Positions 8,358 through 17,557 of a DNA stretch of 64,000 bases are shown here, one piece after another; positions within the stretch are counted from its first letter, which is position 1, and every line of letters starts with the position of its first letter. The stretch is from the IMG/VR virus record IMGVR_UViG_3300032087_003094, positions 1-64,000 of that record. One strand, given 5' to 3'. This DNA is from a virus. The position numbers and the translations under genes are program-made. Below the pieces are notes generated by a model. That model was given only the letters and a program-made list of their open reading frames with translations, ran no database searches and was not told the DNA's origin.

Positions 8358-8752
8358 GTGCATTAGAGCAAATCAAGATAAAAAGGTCATACCTAGAGAA
8401 TTGCACTATAGGCTATCTGACTTATGGAGACTTTAATTGTTTTACTCTTGAACTTCCTGATTTAGATAACCAAACAAATATATCTTGCATACCAGAAGGC
8501 ACATATGAATTTAAAACAAGGCTAAGCAATAAGAATGGCTTTGTCTTAGAGCTTCAAGATGTGGAAGATAGAACTTACATTCAAGTTCATTCAGGCAATT
8601 TCACAAGCCAAATTCGCGGCTGCATCTTGGTTGGTGATTCTCTGAAAGATATCAATCAAGACAGTATCCCAGACGTAACTAATTCAAAAAACACACTAAA
8701 GAAACTGCTTGAGCTTGTTGGCGATAGTGGCGAAATTAGAATTCGAGGTTAA
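8354..8752 (+). CDS. DUF5675-family putative endolysin
   Basis: CFTLELP..ISCIPEGTY..RTYIQVHSGN..GCILVG. Confidence 0.75.
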   Translation: MSALEQIKIKRSYLENCTIGYLTYGDFNCFTLELPDLDNQTNISCIPEGTYEFKTRLSNKNGFVLELQDVEDRTYIQVHSGNFTSQIRGCILVGDSLKDINQDSIPDVTNSKNTLKKLLELVGDSGEIRIRG

Positions 8753-8872
8753 TATGAGTGCAGAAACGGTAATTGAAAGAGGTGGGGATTGGCGTCCTTG
8801 TTGCGGGTATTTTGTTTTTGACGACGAAGTTTGTGAATGTGAAAAACGTCGAGAAGGTGGTGGAGACGGCTA

Positions 8873-9091
8873 ATGAATGATCTAGTTAAAGACGTAAACG
8901 GCAAAGTCTGCAATGCTAAAATCATGTATAACATGGGCGTTATTGTTGGTCTTTTTGTTATAGCTGCAAAAGCCATTATGGCTGATGGTCCAGACTATAG
9001 CGGGTTGGCGGTGCTGTTTGCTGGTATCACAACTCCATTAGGGGCGGTTTACTACGGACGTAACAAAACCAAGGCAGATAGTCATGTTTAA
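8873..9091 (+). CDS. Putative holin
   Basis: Two TM segments; homolog of 48907-49104. Confidence 0.6.
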   Translation: MNDLVKDVNGKVCNAKIMYNMGVIVGLFVIAAKAIMADGPDYSGLAVLFAGITTPLGAVYYGRNKTKADSHV

Positions 9092-9246
9092 ACCACCCGA
9101 GGTCTTTAAGCTGTTTTACACACAAGAAGAGATAGCCAATATGACTAAGCTAGATGTTTTTAAATACAAGCTATGGGAGGCTTGGTATAATTTTTCCGAG
9201 TGGTTTTTAACATTAAGAGAAAGCGATAATCGATGGATGAATAGAA

Positions 9247-9579
9247 ATGTTTAGCGGAATATGGGCAAAGATAACGGCTGGACTTTCTGTGCTGGTGGGC
9301 ATCTTATTTTTAATGCTTAGGGGTGAAAAATCCAAGCGTAAGTCTGCTGAATTTGAAGCGTCTACCGAAAAGGGTAATAGAGAGCTTCTTGAGAAAGAAA
9401 AAACAGTCCTAAATAAGATAGAAGAAGACCGCAAAGTGTGGGATGAAGAGCAAGCTGAATCTCACCTAGATAACGTTGTCGAATTGGAGAAACTAAAAAA
9501 TGAAGATAATGATTCTGTTGTTGTCGATTCTATGCTCAGCATGTACAACAAAGACAGTAACAAAGATAAAGCTAATTGA
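9247..9579 (+). CDS. Putative i-spanin
   Basis: N-terminal TM plus coiled coil; overlaps a lipoprotein gene. Confidence 0.65.
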   Translation: MFSGIWAKITAGLSVLVGILFLMLRGEKSKRKSAEFEASTEKGNRELLEKEKTVLNKIEEDRKVWDEEQAESHLDNVVELEKLKNEDNDSVVVDSMLSMYNKDSNKDKAN

Positions 9580-9793
9580 TATACCGCCAAAGTACCTTGT
9601 TGGCTGTGAAAACCCTAACTTTGAAACATCCAAACAAGCTATTGATGCAGCTAAAAATGGCGACTACAAACAGTTTTCTATTGATCAAGCTATACACAGC
9701 CAGAAGCAAGAGAAGGAAATCACAAGATGCGATAAAAACATCCAGGATTTAATAAAGTACCAAGAGGAACTAAAGAGCCATGACAATGATTAA
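9500..9793 (+). CDS. Putative o-spanin lipoprotein
   Basis: Signal peptide with lipobox-like LCSAC; overlaps the i-spanin. Confidence 0.6.
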   Translation: MKIMILLLSILCSACTTKTVTKIKLIDIPPKYLVGCENPNFETSKQAIDAAKNGDYKQFSIDQAIHSQKQEKEITRCDKNIQDLIKYQEELKSHDND

Positions 9794-9986
9794 CGTACAA
9801 TTAGAAGAAAATGGCCCAATCACCCAAATGGACAAATCCAAATTAAAGGAAGTTAAATCAATTGATGCAACAGGTGATAATAGCGCCCACATAACCGAAT
9901 ATTGGCTAAACGACAGATGCGTCCACCGGTCTGTTAATGTACACCTAAAAAAGATATAATAAGGCTCTTTCAAAGAGGATTAACTA

Positions 9987-10412
9987 ATGGCCAACTCGCA
10001 AGAACTTTGCAACAGTTTCAAAACTGATAACATGGCAGGTAATATCGCGCTAGGTACTGACACCTTAAACGCAGCATTATATCTAGCCACTGCAACTATC
10101 GATAAAAACACCACTGTTTACACCGCAACTGGTGAAGTGTCCGGCACAAACTATGTGGCAGGTGGCGTGGCAGTTACCACTGCAAACCCTCCAGCCTTAG
10201 ATGGTGATACAGCCCATTTCACCCCAAGCGCTTCAATTGTTTACTCTAACGTAACCCTTTCGACCGCTTTTGATGCTGTCTTGCTTTACAGAGCTACAGG
10301 CCTTAACGCGGTTTCAGTGCACACATTCTCAAGCCAAACAGTTACAGCGGGCGACTTTACCTTAACCATGCCTACTGATGACGGCACAACAGGCCTAATT
10401 CGATTAACATAG
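9987..10412 (+). CDS. Small virion fibre subunit-like protein
   Basis: GEVSGTNYVAGG motif; similar to 49559-50014 and 52091-52513. Confidence 0.6.
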   Translation: MANSQELCNSFKTDNMAGNIALGTDTLNAALYLATATIDKNTTVYTATGEVSGTNYVAGGVAVTTANPPALDGDTAHFTPSASIVYSNVTLSTAFDAVLLYRATGLNAVSVHTFSSQTVTAGDFTLTMPTDDGTTGLIRLT

Positions 10413-10428
10413 GTCGGAGCTATGACTC

Positions 10429-11559
10429 ATGACCTTAACAATCGGAAAGACTAGCTTTGACTGGGCGCCCAACACCATAGACGACACTATAAGCTCTTTT
10501 GATAGCCCCGAGTCCCCTAATTGGCGCGTATCAAACCTTGTCGCCGGAACTAAAGTAAATCTAGGCACTGGCACAAACACGTCCGATGTAGGATATAACC
10601 CTTTCACTAAACGATTTGGATTCATTCGTAACAACTTTGGCACTGTCACTGAAATAAGTGAATCGGACATTGTTAATAGCGTAGCCTCCCCCACCTTAAT
10701 TAGAGCCGTTACTATTTTAGGTTTGGGTGGTTTGAATGATACCGAGGGTCTTACTGATGTTTATCAGAATTTAACGGAAGGTGGGTACGAGTTTTGGTTT
10801 TGTATCGAGAATGGTGGAAGAAACTGGATCTATAACGCCCCCTTCACTGAAGATGACATGTTCAGCACTTCTAATGTTAACGTTACTCAAAGACAAGAGT
10901 TAATTGTTGCAAAAAATTCAGCTGGAACCAATGACGGCTTAGAGGGGGTAGGATTTCACCTGACCAATCAGCAATTATTAGCATGCCAGGAAGGTGCTGT
11001 GGATGTTAGAAGGCTATTCTTAATGAACAGGCCTACCAATAGAGATACAGATTACAGTTATTCAAACACGGGGGCCCACACTGGAGCAGATAACGCCGCA
11101 ACATTAACCGATTCAGCTCAAGATTGGGAGGTTAACCACTGGACCGGTGAGAACATCGACAATATTACCGACGGCTCATCAAATAGCAGCGTCACATCGA
11201 ACACAGCAACAACCATCACAGCTACTCTATCAGGCGGCACAGATAACGACTGGGACACAGGTGATGAGTACTTAGTGGGTGATGGCAATTTAGTGGTAAC
11301 AGAGCCTTTTGATGCTGACTCGGTAATCCCGTCTGGAGAGCTAGCAAGTTGTATATTTCACCCGCCTACAGGTCATATGCTGCTGTTATCAAGTTCTGGA
11401 ACATCTGTCTATCAATACACCTTCGACGGAACTCTAATCGACACCTTAGATATATCAGGGCAATCGTTTGGAAATGCGGAAGGTTTATGTATGCATGGTG
11501 ACAACCTGGTAATTATGGGGGAGGTGGACGAATGCGTTTATTACACCTATACGCCATAG
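10429..11559 (+). CDS. YjiK/SdiA-regulated-like beta-propeller protein
   Basis: Blade motifs TSDVGY, DTEGLT, GLEGVGF, AEGLC. Confidence 0.6.
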   Translation: MTLTIGKTSFDWAPNTIDDTISSFDSPESPNWRVSNLVAGTKVNLGTGTNTSDVGYNPFTKRFGFIRNNFGTVTEISESDIVNSVASPTLIRAVTILGLGGLNDTEGLTDVYQNLTEGGYEFWFCIENGGRNWIYNAPFTEDDMFSTSNVNVTQRQELIVAKNSAGTNDGLEGVGFHLTNQQLLACQEGAVDVRRLFLMNRPTNRDTDYSYSNTGAHTGADNAATLTDSAQDWEVNHWTGENIDNITDGSSNSSVTSNTATTITATLSGGTDNDWDTGDEYLVGDGNLVVTEPFDADSVIPSGELASCIFHPPTGHMLLLSSSGTSVYQYTFDGTLIDTLDISGQSFGNAEGLCMHGDNLVIMGEVDECVYYTYTP

Positions 11560-13545
11560 ATGGCTGATTATTTAGGCTCAGCAGTAGCTGCAGACGGCGA
11601 TAGTTATACGGTTAATACTGGTGCTGATTTTTTAGTCTGGATACCTTACGGCTACAGAAGCGGCACAACAACAGCTAGCGGGCAAGATTTTGGCGGCGCT
11701 GCGCTAACGGAGGTTCAAGACAACAGTATCAACTTGGCTGGTCTTGGTGATCCAACAATAAACCTATCTTACAAAGTTGCCCCCGTTCTTACTGCGCAAA
11801 CTCTTAGTCTAACTTGGTCGGGCGCTTTAACTGATGAGAATGGTTATGGGATTTCTCTTGAAGATGTTGATCAAATAAACCCAATACCAGCAGTCAATGG
11901 TGAAGACTCTGGAACCTACACAACAGACAACTCGCCATCGCTAACTTATGACGCGCCCGCAGGCGCAACAGTGCTTTACTATAAGTTTCATTGCACAAAC
12001 GGCGCCAGCACAATAGGAACCCCTACAGGATTTACTTTAGTAGCTAATGACATTCTACTGACTACTCCAGCATATAGACAGGTATCAATCTTTAGAAAAA
12101 AGGTAACAGCTGACGAGACCGGTGAAACTGTAATAGCGACAACCTCTGGAAGCTCGCCAATAGGGGGCTGTCATGGGCTTGTTGTAATTCAATCACCCGT
12201 AGTATTGCCAGGGGTTAATATAGCTACCGTTGGCGGTGATGACGTTGTAGAGATAGGTGAAAACAATGTAATTATCGCTGGCACAGGATTTGAGGCAGTT
12301 CAAGGTACTGGCGATATAACAATTAGCCCATCTGATAATGTAGCAGACCCTTTAGCGGTAACTATATCAACAGTTGATTCGTGGGCTGACACTAGCATTC
12401 AATTCGATATACCCTCAGCTATAAGCCTCCTGTATGGGGACGTTTACTTTTTTGTCACAAATGACAGCGCAGAGGTTAACGCTAGCGGGCATTTAGCCTC
12501 ATTAACCACGCCAGCCGGAAGGCAGTATTTAACCATAAGAGAGCAAAACGATTTAGGTGTTCTTTTAAATACCACCGGAATAGAGTTAGATGCTGACCAG
12601 CTAGAATGGCAAACCCTATCCAATGGCGGCGGAACAGTTTATATAGGCCCATCAGGCACAGTTTACATTTACAATTATGCTGGCTCAGTGCCGGCAACTG
12701 AAGAAATTTATATAAGGCTTGGAGATGATACTGATAAAACGTGGTCAGCAGACGCGCTAGAAACAATCACTATAGGCTCACTCTCTGCTACGCTATCAGG
12801 TGTTTCAGGTGTTTATGTCGCTGGAAATCTATCGGTAGAGACAAATATTGCATTAACTGGAAATTCTGGAGCGTACGCAGTAGGCAGCGTGACTGCATCC
12901 ACAGCTATCGATATAGAGCTAACAGGAAATGCAGGAACTTACAGTGTTGGAAGTGTCGATAACCAAACACAAATCAACCTAACGGGCGTAGCTGGAGCAT
13001 ATTCAGTAGGCAACCTAGACAATCAAACCGATATATCAATCACTGGTAATGCAGGCTCTTATGCCGTCGGAAACGTTGTGCCTGTAGGTGATGTTACCAT
13101 TCCATTAACCGGCAACTCTGGAACTTACTCGGTAGGTAATTTATCACCAGAAGGCGATCAAACATTAGCTGTAACAGGTAACGTCGGAACTTATCAAGTA
13201 GGCAATGTAACCGTATCAACAGCAATTAACACACCAATAACTGGAGTAACTGCTTCCTATTCTGTTGGAAATCTAGAAAATGCCACACAAGCTCAATTAA
13301 CAGGCGTTTCAGGCTCTTATGATGTAGGAAGTCTAGGCGTTGCCGGACCAGTCACTACGTTTATAACCGGCGTAAGTGGAAGCTTCTCAGTAGGCTCTAT
13401 GGGCGTAATAAACCAAATAGACCAAACAACCAGAAACAACGCAAGAACAAGTTTTGAAGCAAGGCAAAATAGAGAATCAAGTTCAGGCGCAAGAGCTAAC
13501 AGAACAAGTAACTCATCAGTGCGACCAAACAGAACCAGCAGATAA
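11560..13545 (+). CDS. Repeat-containing virion/fibre protein
   Basis: Ten LTGxxGxYxVG repeats, Arg-rich tail; N-domain similar to 50016-52091. Confidence 0.65.
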   Translation: MADYLGSAVAADGDSYTVNTGADFLVWIPYGYRSGTTTASGQDFGGAALTEVQDNSINLAGLGDPTINLSYKVAPVLTAQTLSLTWSGALTDENGYGISLEDVDQINPIPAVNGEDSGTYTTDNSPSLTYDAPAGATVLYYKFHCTNGASTIGTPTGFTLVANDILLTTPAYRQVSIFRKKVTADETGETVIATTSGSSPIGGCHGLVVIQSPVVLPGVNIATVGGDDVVEIGENNVIIAGTGFEAVQGTGDITISPSDNVADPLAVTISTVDSWADTSIQFDIPSAISLLYGDVYFFVTNDSAEVNASGHLASLTTPAGRQYLTIREQNDLGVLLNTTGIELDADQLEWQTLSNGGGTVYIGPSGTVYIYNYAGSVPATEEIYIRLGDDTDKTWSADALETITIGSLSATLSGVSGVYVAGNLSVETNIALTGNSGAYAVGSVTASTAIDIELTGNAGTYSVGSVDNQTQINLTGVAGAYSVGNLDNQTDISITGNAGSYAVGNVVPVGDVTIPLTGNSGTYSVGNLSPEGDQTLAVTGNVGTYQVGNVTVSTAINTPITGVTASYSVGNLENATQAQLTGVSGSYDVGSLGVAGPVTTFITGVSGSFSVGSMGVINQIDQTTRNNARTSFEARQNRESSSGARANRTSNSSVRPNRTSR

Positions 13546-13590
13546 TGCTATAATTAACCCGACAACAGCAAAGAAAGAGAGATAAAGATA

Positions 13591-14010
13591 GTGAACACTA
13601 ACCTGACAGACAAGCAAAGACGCTTTGTAGAATTTTATTGTGGTGAATGTAAATTTAACGCAACTCAAGCAGCTATTAAAGCTGGGTACAGTAAAGCATC
13701 TGCAGATGTGATTGGATGTGAGAACTTAGTAAAACCTAGTATACAAAAAGCAATACAAGCTTTTATGGATAAAGTAACAGATGAGGCTCTAGTAACGACA
13801 GAATGGGTAGTAGAAAGGCTTAAACTTGAATCAGAGAGGGATGATGAAGGGTCAAGTCATTCAGCTCGTATAAGCGCTCTTGGAAAGCTTAGCGACTATA
13901 CCGGCGGATTTGATAAGAATAAGAATCATACTGTTCACTCTGGCTCTGTAGGATTTAAAGATATCACCCAAATGACAGATGAAGAGCTCGAAAACGAACT
14001 CAATCAGTAG
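13591..14010 (+). CDS. terS: Terminase small subunit (Terminase_2 type)
   Basis: LTDKQRRFVEFY..NATQAAIKAGYS. Confidence 0.9.
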   Translation: MNTNLTDKQRRFVEFYCGECKFNATQAAIKAGYSKASADVIGCENLVKPSIQKAIQAFMDKVTDEALVTTEWVVERLKLESERDDEGSSHSARISALGKLSDYTGGFDKNKNHTVHSGSVGFKDITQMTDEELENELNQ

Positions 14011-14053
14011 CATACTGACCTGAGTCGACCTCGAACGCGACTAACGTGCAGTA

Positions 14054-14080
14054 GCCTCCCTTTATCACGGAGGCTTTTTT
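14054..14080 (+). terminator. Intrinsic terminator after terS
   Basis: GCCTCC...GGAGGC stem followed by a T run. Confidence 0.7.
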
Positions 14081-14275
14081 ATGCCCAAAACACTAAATAT
14101 AACGAATAATTCCTTTAATCTATTGATTATGATGAATAGTTCGGTATAATAGTTAGCGTATTTGAAAAAAGGAGTATCTAATGTTTGAGCTTATTTTAAT
14201 AGCCACTTTATGGGTGATTATATTCTCGCTTTGGGGTATAGAATGCGCGATAAAAAAGTTAAGAGGCGGCCAGTA

Positions 14276-14572
14276 ATGACAGGGGTGACATTTGACAGAG
14301 GCCTTTTAATATGGGTTGTTGGCGAGAGGCAGCATTATGTTAAAGGCATGATGAGAGCCATCGATAAAGCTAGGAATCCAAGTTTAATTTATGATAAACG
14401 CTTCTCTAAAACCGACGGGCTTCGAGTTATACGATCATTCGAGAGAGTTAACGAAATACCATTTGACCCCTACAACAAAACGCACCTTCTTTACATCTCA
14501 AGGATGGCTGGGCACGAACACTTTTTCAGAAGGTTTAAAAAAGTTATGCAGGAAGCTGGATTGAGGGGGTAA
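14276..14572 (+). CDS. Hypothetical protein (insert between terS and terL)
   Basis: Likely ATG at 14276, coupled to a short TM ORF at 14181-14276. Confidence 0.55.
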   Translation: MTGVTFDRGLLIWVVGERQHYVKGMMRAIDKARNPSLIYDKRFSKTDGLRVIRSFERVNEIPFDPYNKTHLLYISRMAGHEHFFRRFKKVMQEAGLRG

Positions 14573-14575
14573 GCA

Positions 14576-14740
14576 ATGAGCGCATCACAAACAGCCAGAC
14601 TTATGGGAGCATCATCTATCAAAGATATAGCCTCATACTATGGTAAACACCCAGATACGATTCAAAACTATTACAAGAATAACCGTGAGCTATTTAATGC
14701 CATGGTTAAATACTATGTTGAGAATAAGGAGGTGGAATGA
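14576..14740 (+). CDS. Small HTH-like protein
   Basis: Hand translation MSASQTARLMGASSIKDIASYYGKHPDTIQNYYK; coupled to its neighbours. Confidence 0.5.
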   Translation: MSASQTARLMGASSIKDIASYYGKHPDTIQNYYKNNRELFNAMVKYYVENKEVE

Positions 14741-16070
14741 TGCCATACTCTGCGTTGATTTACGCTGCCGCTGAGGCGGAGCGATCTTACTGGTCAAAGC
14801 AAGTGCCTATAGATTATGATCGATACAAGGACGACTGTATTCTAACTGGCTCCCATGTGCCAACTTACACCCAGTACGTGCTAGGCTGCAAAATGGATAG
14901 AGATATAAGGATGGCCAAAGCTAGAGAGGAGAAGGCTAAGGATGAGGCTGTAGATTGGGAGGTGTTTTGCAATAGATTTTACCGAGAAGAGGTAGAGCTG
15001 AGATCAAAAAGGTCGAAGTTTAATCTTGTAGCAAGCTATATATTGCTAGGTATTATCAAGACTGTTGAATTTATAAGGGAAAAGAGGCAATGAACAATAA
15101 AGATATAAAAACATTAGAAATAAGGGTTAGAAATTTAGAACGTATGGTTTATTGCATGACTGGGCTAATACTTCGTCGCGCAGATAAGGATGACTTTCTT
15201 GAGTCTTTGAATAGTTTTAATATATCCCTAGACCGCCTTGGTGTTGACAAGTCTGCTACGGATTTTATAAAGGAGGTCGAATGATTTTTTGGAGTGAAGA
15301 TGAATATAACAGGCTGGATGAGGCCAAAAGTAGGAATGATGCGCTGTTTTTAAATAGTCTTATATGTCCACAGGCTCACCGATCTCTATTCACCACTTCA
15401 GCCACGCAGCGCTTGAGCGGTTTACAGCAGAACAGCAACCAAGCAGAGATAGATAGGTTCTTTAAATTGCGAGAAAAATCAGCCAGCAAGTCGTTTGAAG
15501 TAGAGATTAAGGTGGCGCTTGACGATCTTCATGATAGCGTTTTCAGCGTCATTGAAGAATCCATTTGCGAGCTTAAAATTTCAGATAAAACAATAATGCC
15601 TTTAAGGGGTGAGGGAAATCAATGACTAAAAAAATTAACTGGAAATCAAGAGCGGCTGAAATATACCACATATCACTAGCTGAAGCTGAAGAGCTAAAGG
15701 AGTCTGGAAATACCAAAGACGCGCCACTAGCATTCATGAAGATAGGTGCAGCTATGGCACTACAAGACTTGTTGCTCGAGTATGGTGTAGATGTCGAGCA
15801 AGAAAAGAAATCTAAGATAGTGCTGCTGTCATGAGTGAGTTCAAGTTAAATGATAAGGTTTGGGTTATTCGAAACAATGAAGTGTCGGAGGTTGTTGTTT
15901 GCGGAGTTACTGATGAGCTAGTTGCTAAAGGTGGGATGGTTAGGGAATGCTCTTATTACTTTGTAGCAGATTCTGACCTTTTTGTAGATATTCAAGGGCG
16001 CATGAAGCTAGAGCAGCATTTAGTTTTTAGAACTAAAGAGGCTTTAATAAAAAGCTTGTTAGATGAATAA
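14737..16070 (+). CDS. Five coupled hypothetical ORFs (14737-15093, 15090-15284, 15281-15625, 15622-15834, 15831-16070)
   Basis: Chain of ATGA overlaps leading into terL. Confidence 0.65.
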
Positions 16071-17556
16071 AAAAAATCCAGCTAAGAAAAAAAGGGCTGA
16101 GCTAGAAAGAAAAGTCCTAATCAAAAGAGAGTTAGAGAGGCGTAAGAAAGCTAATCTAGCTTTTGATCAATACAATCAGTTTTACGACTGGCAAAAAGAC
16201 TTCTGCGCAGCCACCGCTGATTACTTCGAGTCGTGTCTATGTGCAGCAAATCAAATCGGTAAGACGTTCACCGGTACAACTATTGACTCGTTCCATCTCA
16301 CCGGCGACTATCCAGAAGGCTACCAAGGGCATAAGTTTGACTTCGCTCCTTTGTGCTGGGGTCTTGGTTATTCTATGGAAAAGTGTCGAGACCTACTACA
16401 AAAAGCTTTGTTCGGTGATTATGTTGGTAAAGAGTTTACTGGCGGTCTAGTCCCTAAAGATAAGATAGTAAGCTGGGAGTCTGCCACTGGGACGCCTAAT
16501 GCAATGAGAACAGTTAGAGTTAGGCATAAAACTGGCGGCACATCAGTTATTCAATTCTGGTCATATACTCAAGGCCAGCATGCCATTATGGGAGATGTTG
16601 TTGACTGGTTCCATGTGGATGAAGAGCCGAGAGACCAAACAATCAGACCTCAAGTTCTAACCAGGACTATTAATGGTGACAAAGGCAAAGGTGGTAGAGG
16701 GATATATACCTTTACTCCTGAGAATGGTCGAACAGAGCTAGTCATTAAGTTTATGGACGACCCAAGCAAAGACCAGTTCTTTATGCAGAAAGGCTGGATT
16801 GATGCGCCTCATATCACAGAAGAGAAACGGGAAAGGATGCTCGAACAGTATCCGGCTCATCAGAGAGATATGAGAACCAAAGGTATTCCAATGCTAGGTC
16901 ATGGTCGAATCTATGACTTGTCCGAAGAGTTTATTAAGTGTGACCCATTTGAAATCCCAAGTCACTGGTTTGTTATTGGGGGAATGGACTTTGGTTGGGA
17001 CCATCCTCAATCTCAAGTTAAACTGGTTGAAGATAGGGATACTGGCACGTTTTACTTAACTCACTGCTGGAAAGCCTCTAAAGTTTCTGCCAATGACGCT
17101 TGGGGCGCCGTTAAATCATGGCAATCTAATATTCCTGTAGCTTGGCCTCATGACGGACTGCAAAACGAGAAGGGTCGAGATGATGCCGTACAACAGAAGG
17201 TTCATTATCAAAATGCTGGATTTAGAATGACCTCGGAACATGCTACTCACCCCCCAATCAACAAAGCCGGAAAGATCCACGCGGGAGGAAATAGTGTCGA
17301 GCATGGGCTTTACGAAATAAGAGATTTAATGTGCAAAGGCAAGTTTAAAGTGTTTAGTGGATGCCTAGAGTTTTTTAACGAGTTCAATCAATACCATAGA
17401 GATGACAAAGGTAAAATTGTAAAAGTAATGGATGACATCTTGGACGGAGTGCGCTACGCCTATATGATGCGTCGATATTCTGTTAGAATTGGTGATATAA
17501 TGGCACCAATCAAGAAAGTTTACATACCCCAGCCTTTAAAAACTATGGGAAGATAG
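16063..17556 (+). CDS. terL: Terminase large subunit, P22 gp2-like
   Basis: Walker A AANQIGKT, Walker B HVDEEP, TFTPENG, nuclease GMDFGWDHP and DDILDGVRYA. Confidence 0.95.
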   Translation: MNKKNPAKKKRAELERKVLIKRELERRKKANLAFDQYNQFYDWQKDFCAATADYFESCLCAANQIGKTFTGTTIDSFHLTGDYPEGYQGHKFDFAPLCWGLGYSMEKCRDLLQKALFGDYVGKEFTGGLVPKDKIVSWESATGTPNAMRTVRVRHKTGGTSVIQFWSYTQGQHAIMGDVVDWFHVDEEPRDQTIRPQVLTRTINGDKGKGGRGIYTFTPENGRTELVIKFMDDPSKDQFFMQKGWIDAPHITEEKRERMLEQYPAHQRDMRTKGIPMLGHGRIYDLSEEFIKCDPFEIPSHWFVIGGMDFGWDHPQSQVKLVEDRDTGTFYLTHCWKASKVSANDAWGAVKSWQSNIPVAWPHDGLQNEKGRDDAVQQKVHYQNAGFRMTSEHATHPPINKAGKIHAGGNSVEHGLYEIRDLMCKGKFKVFSGCLEFFNEFNQYHRDDKGKIVKVMDDILDGVRYAYMMRRYSVRIGDIMAPIKKVYIPQPLKTMGR

Positions 17557-17557
17557 A

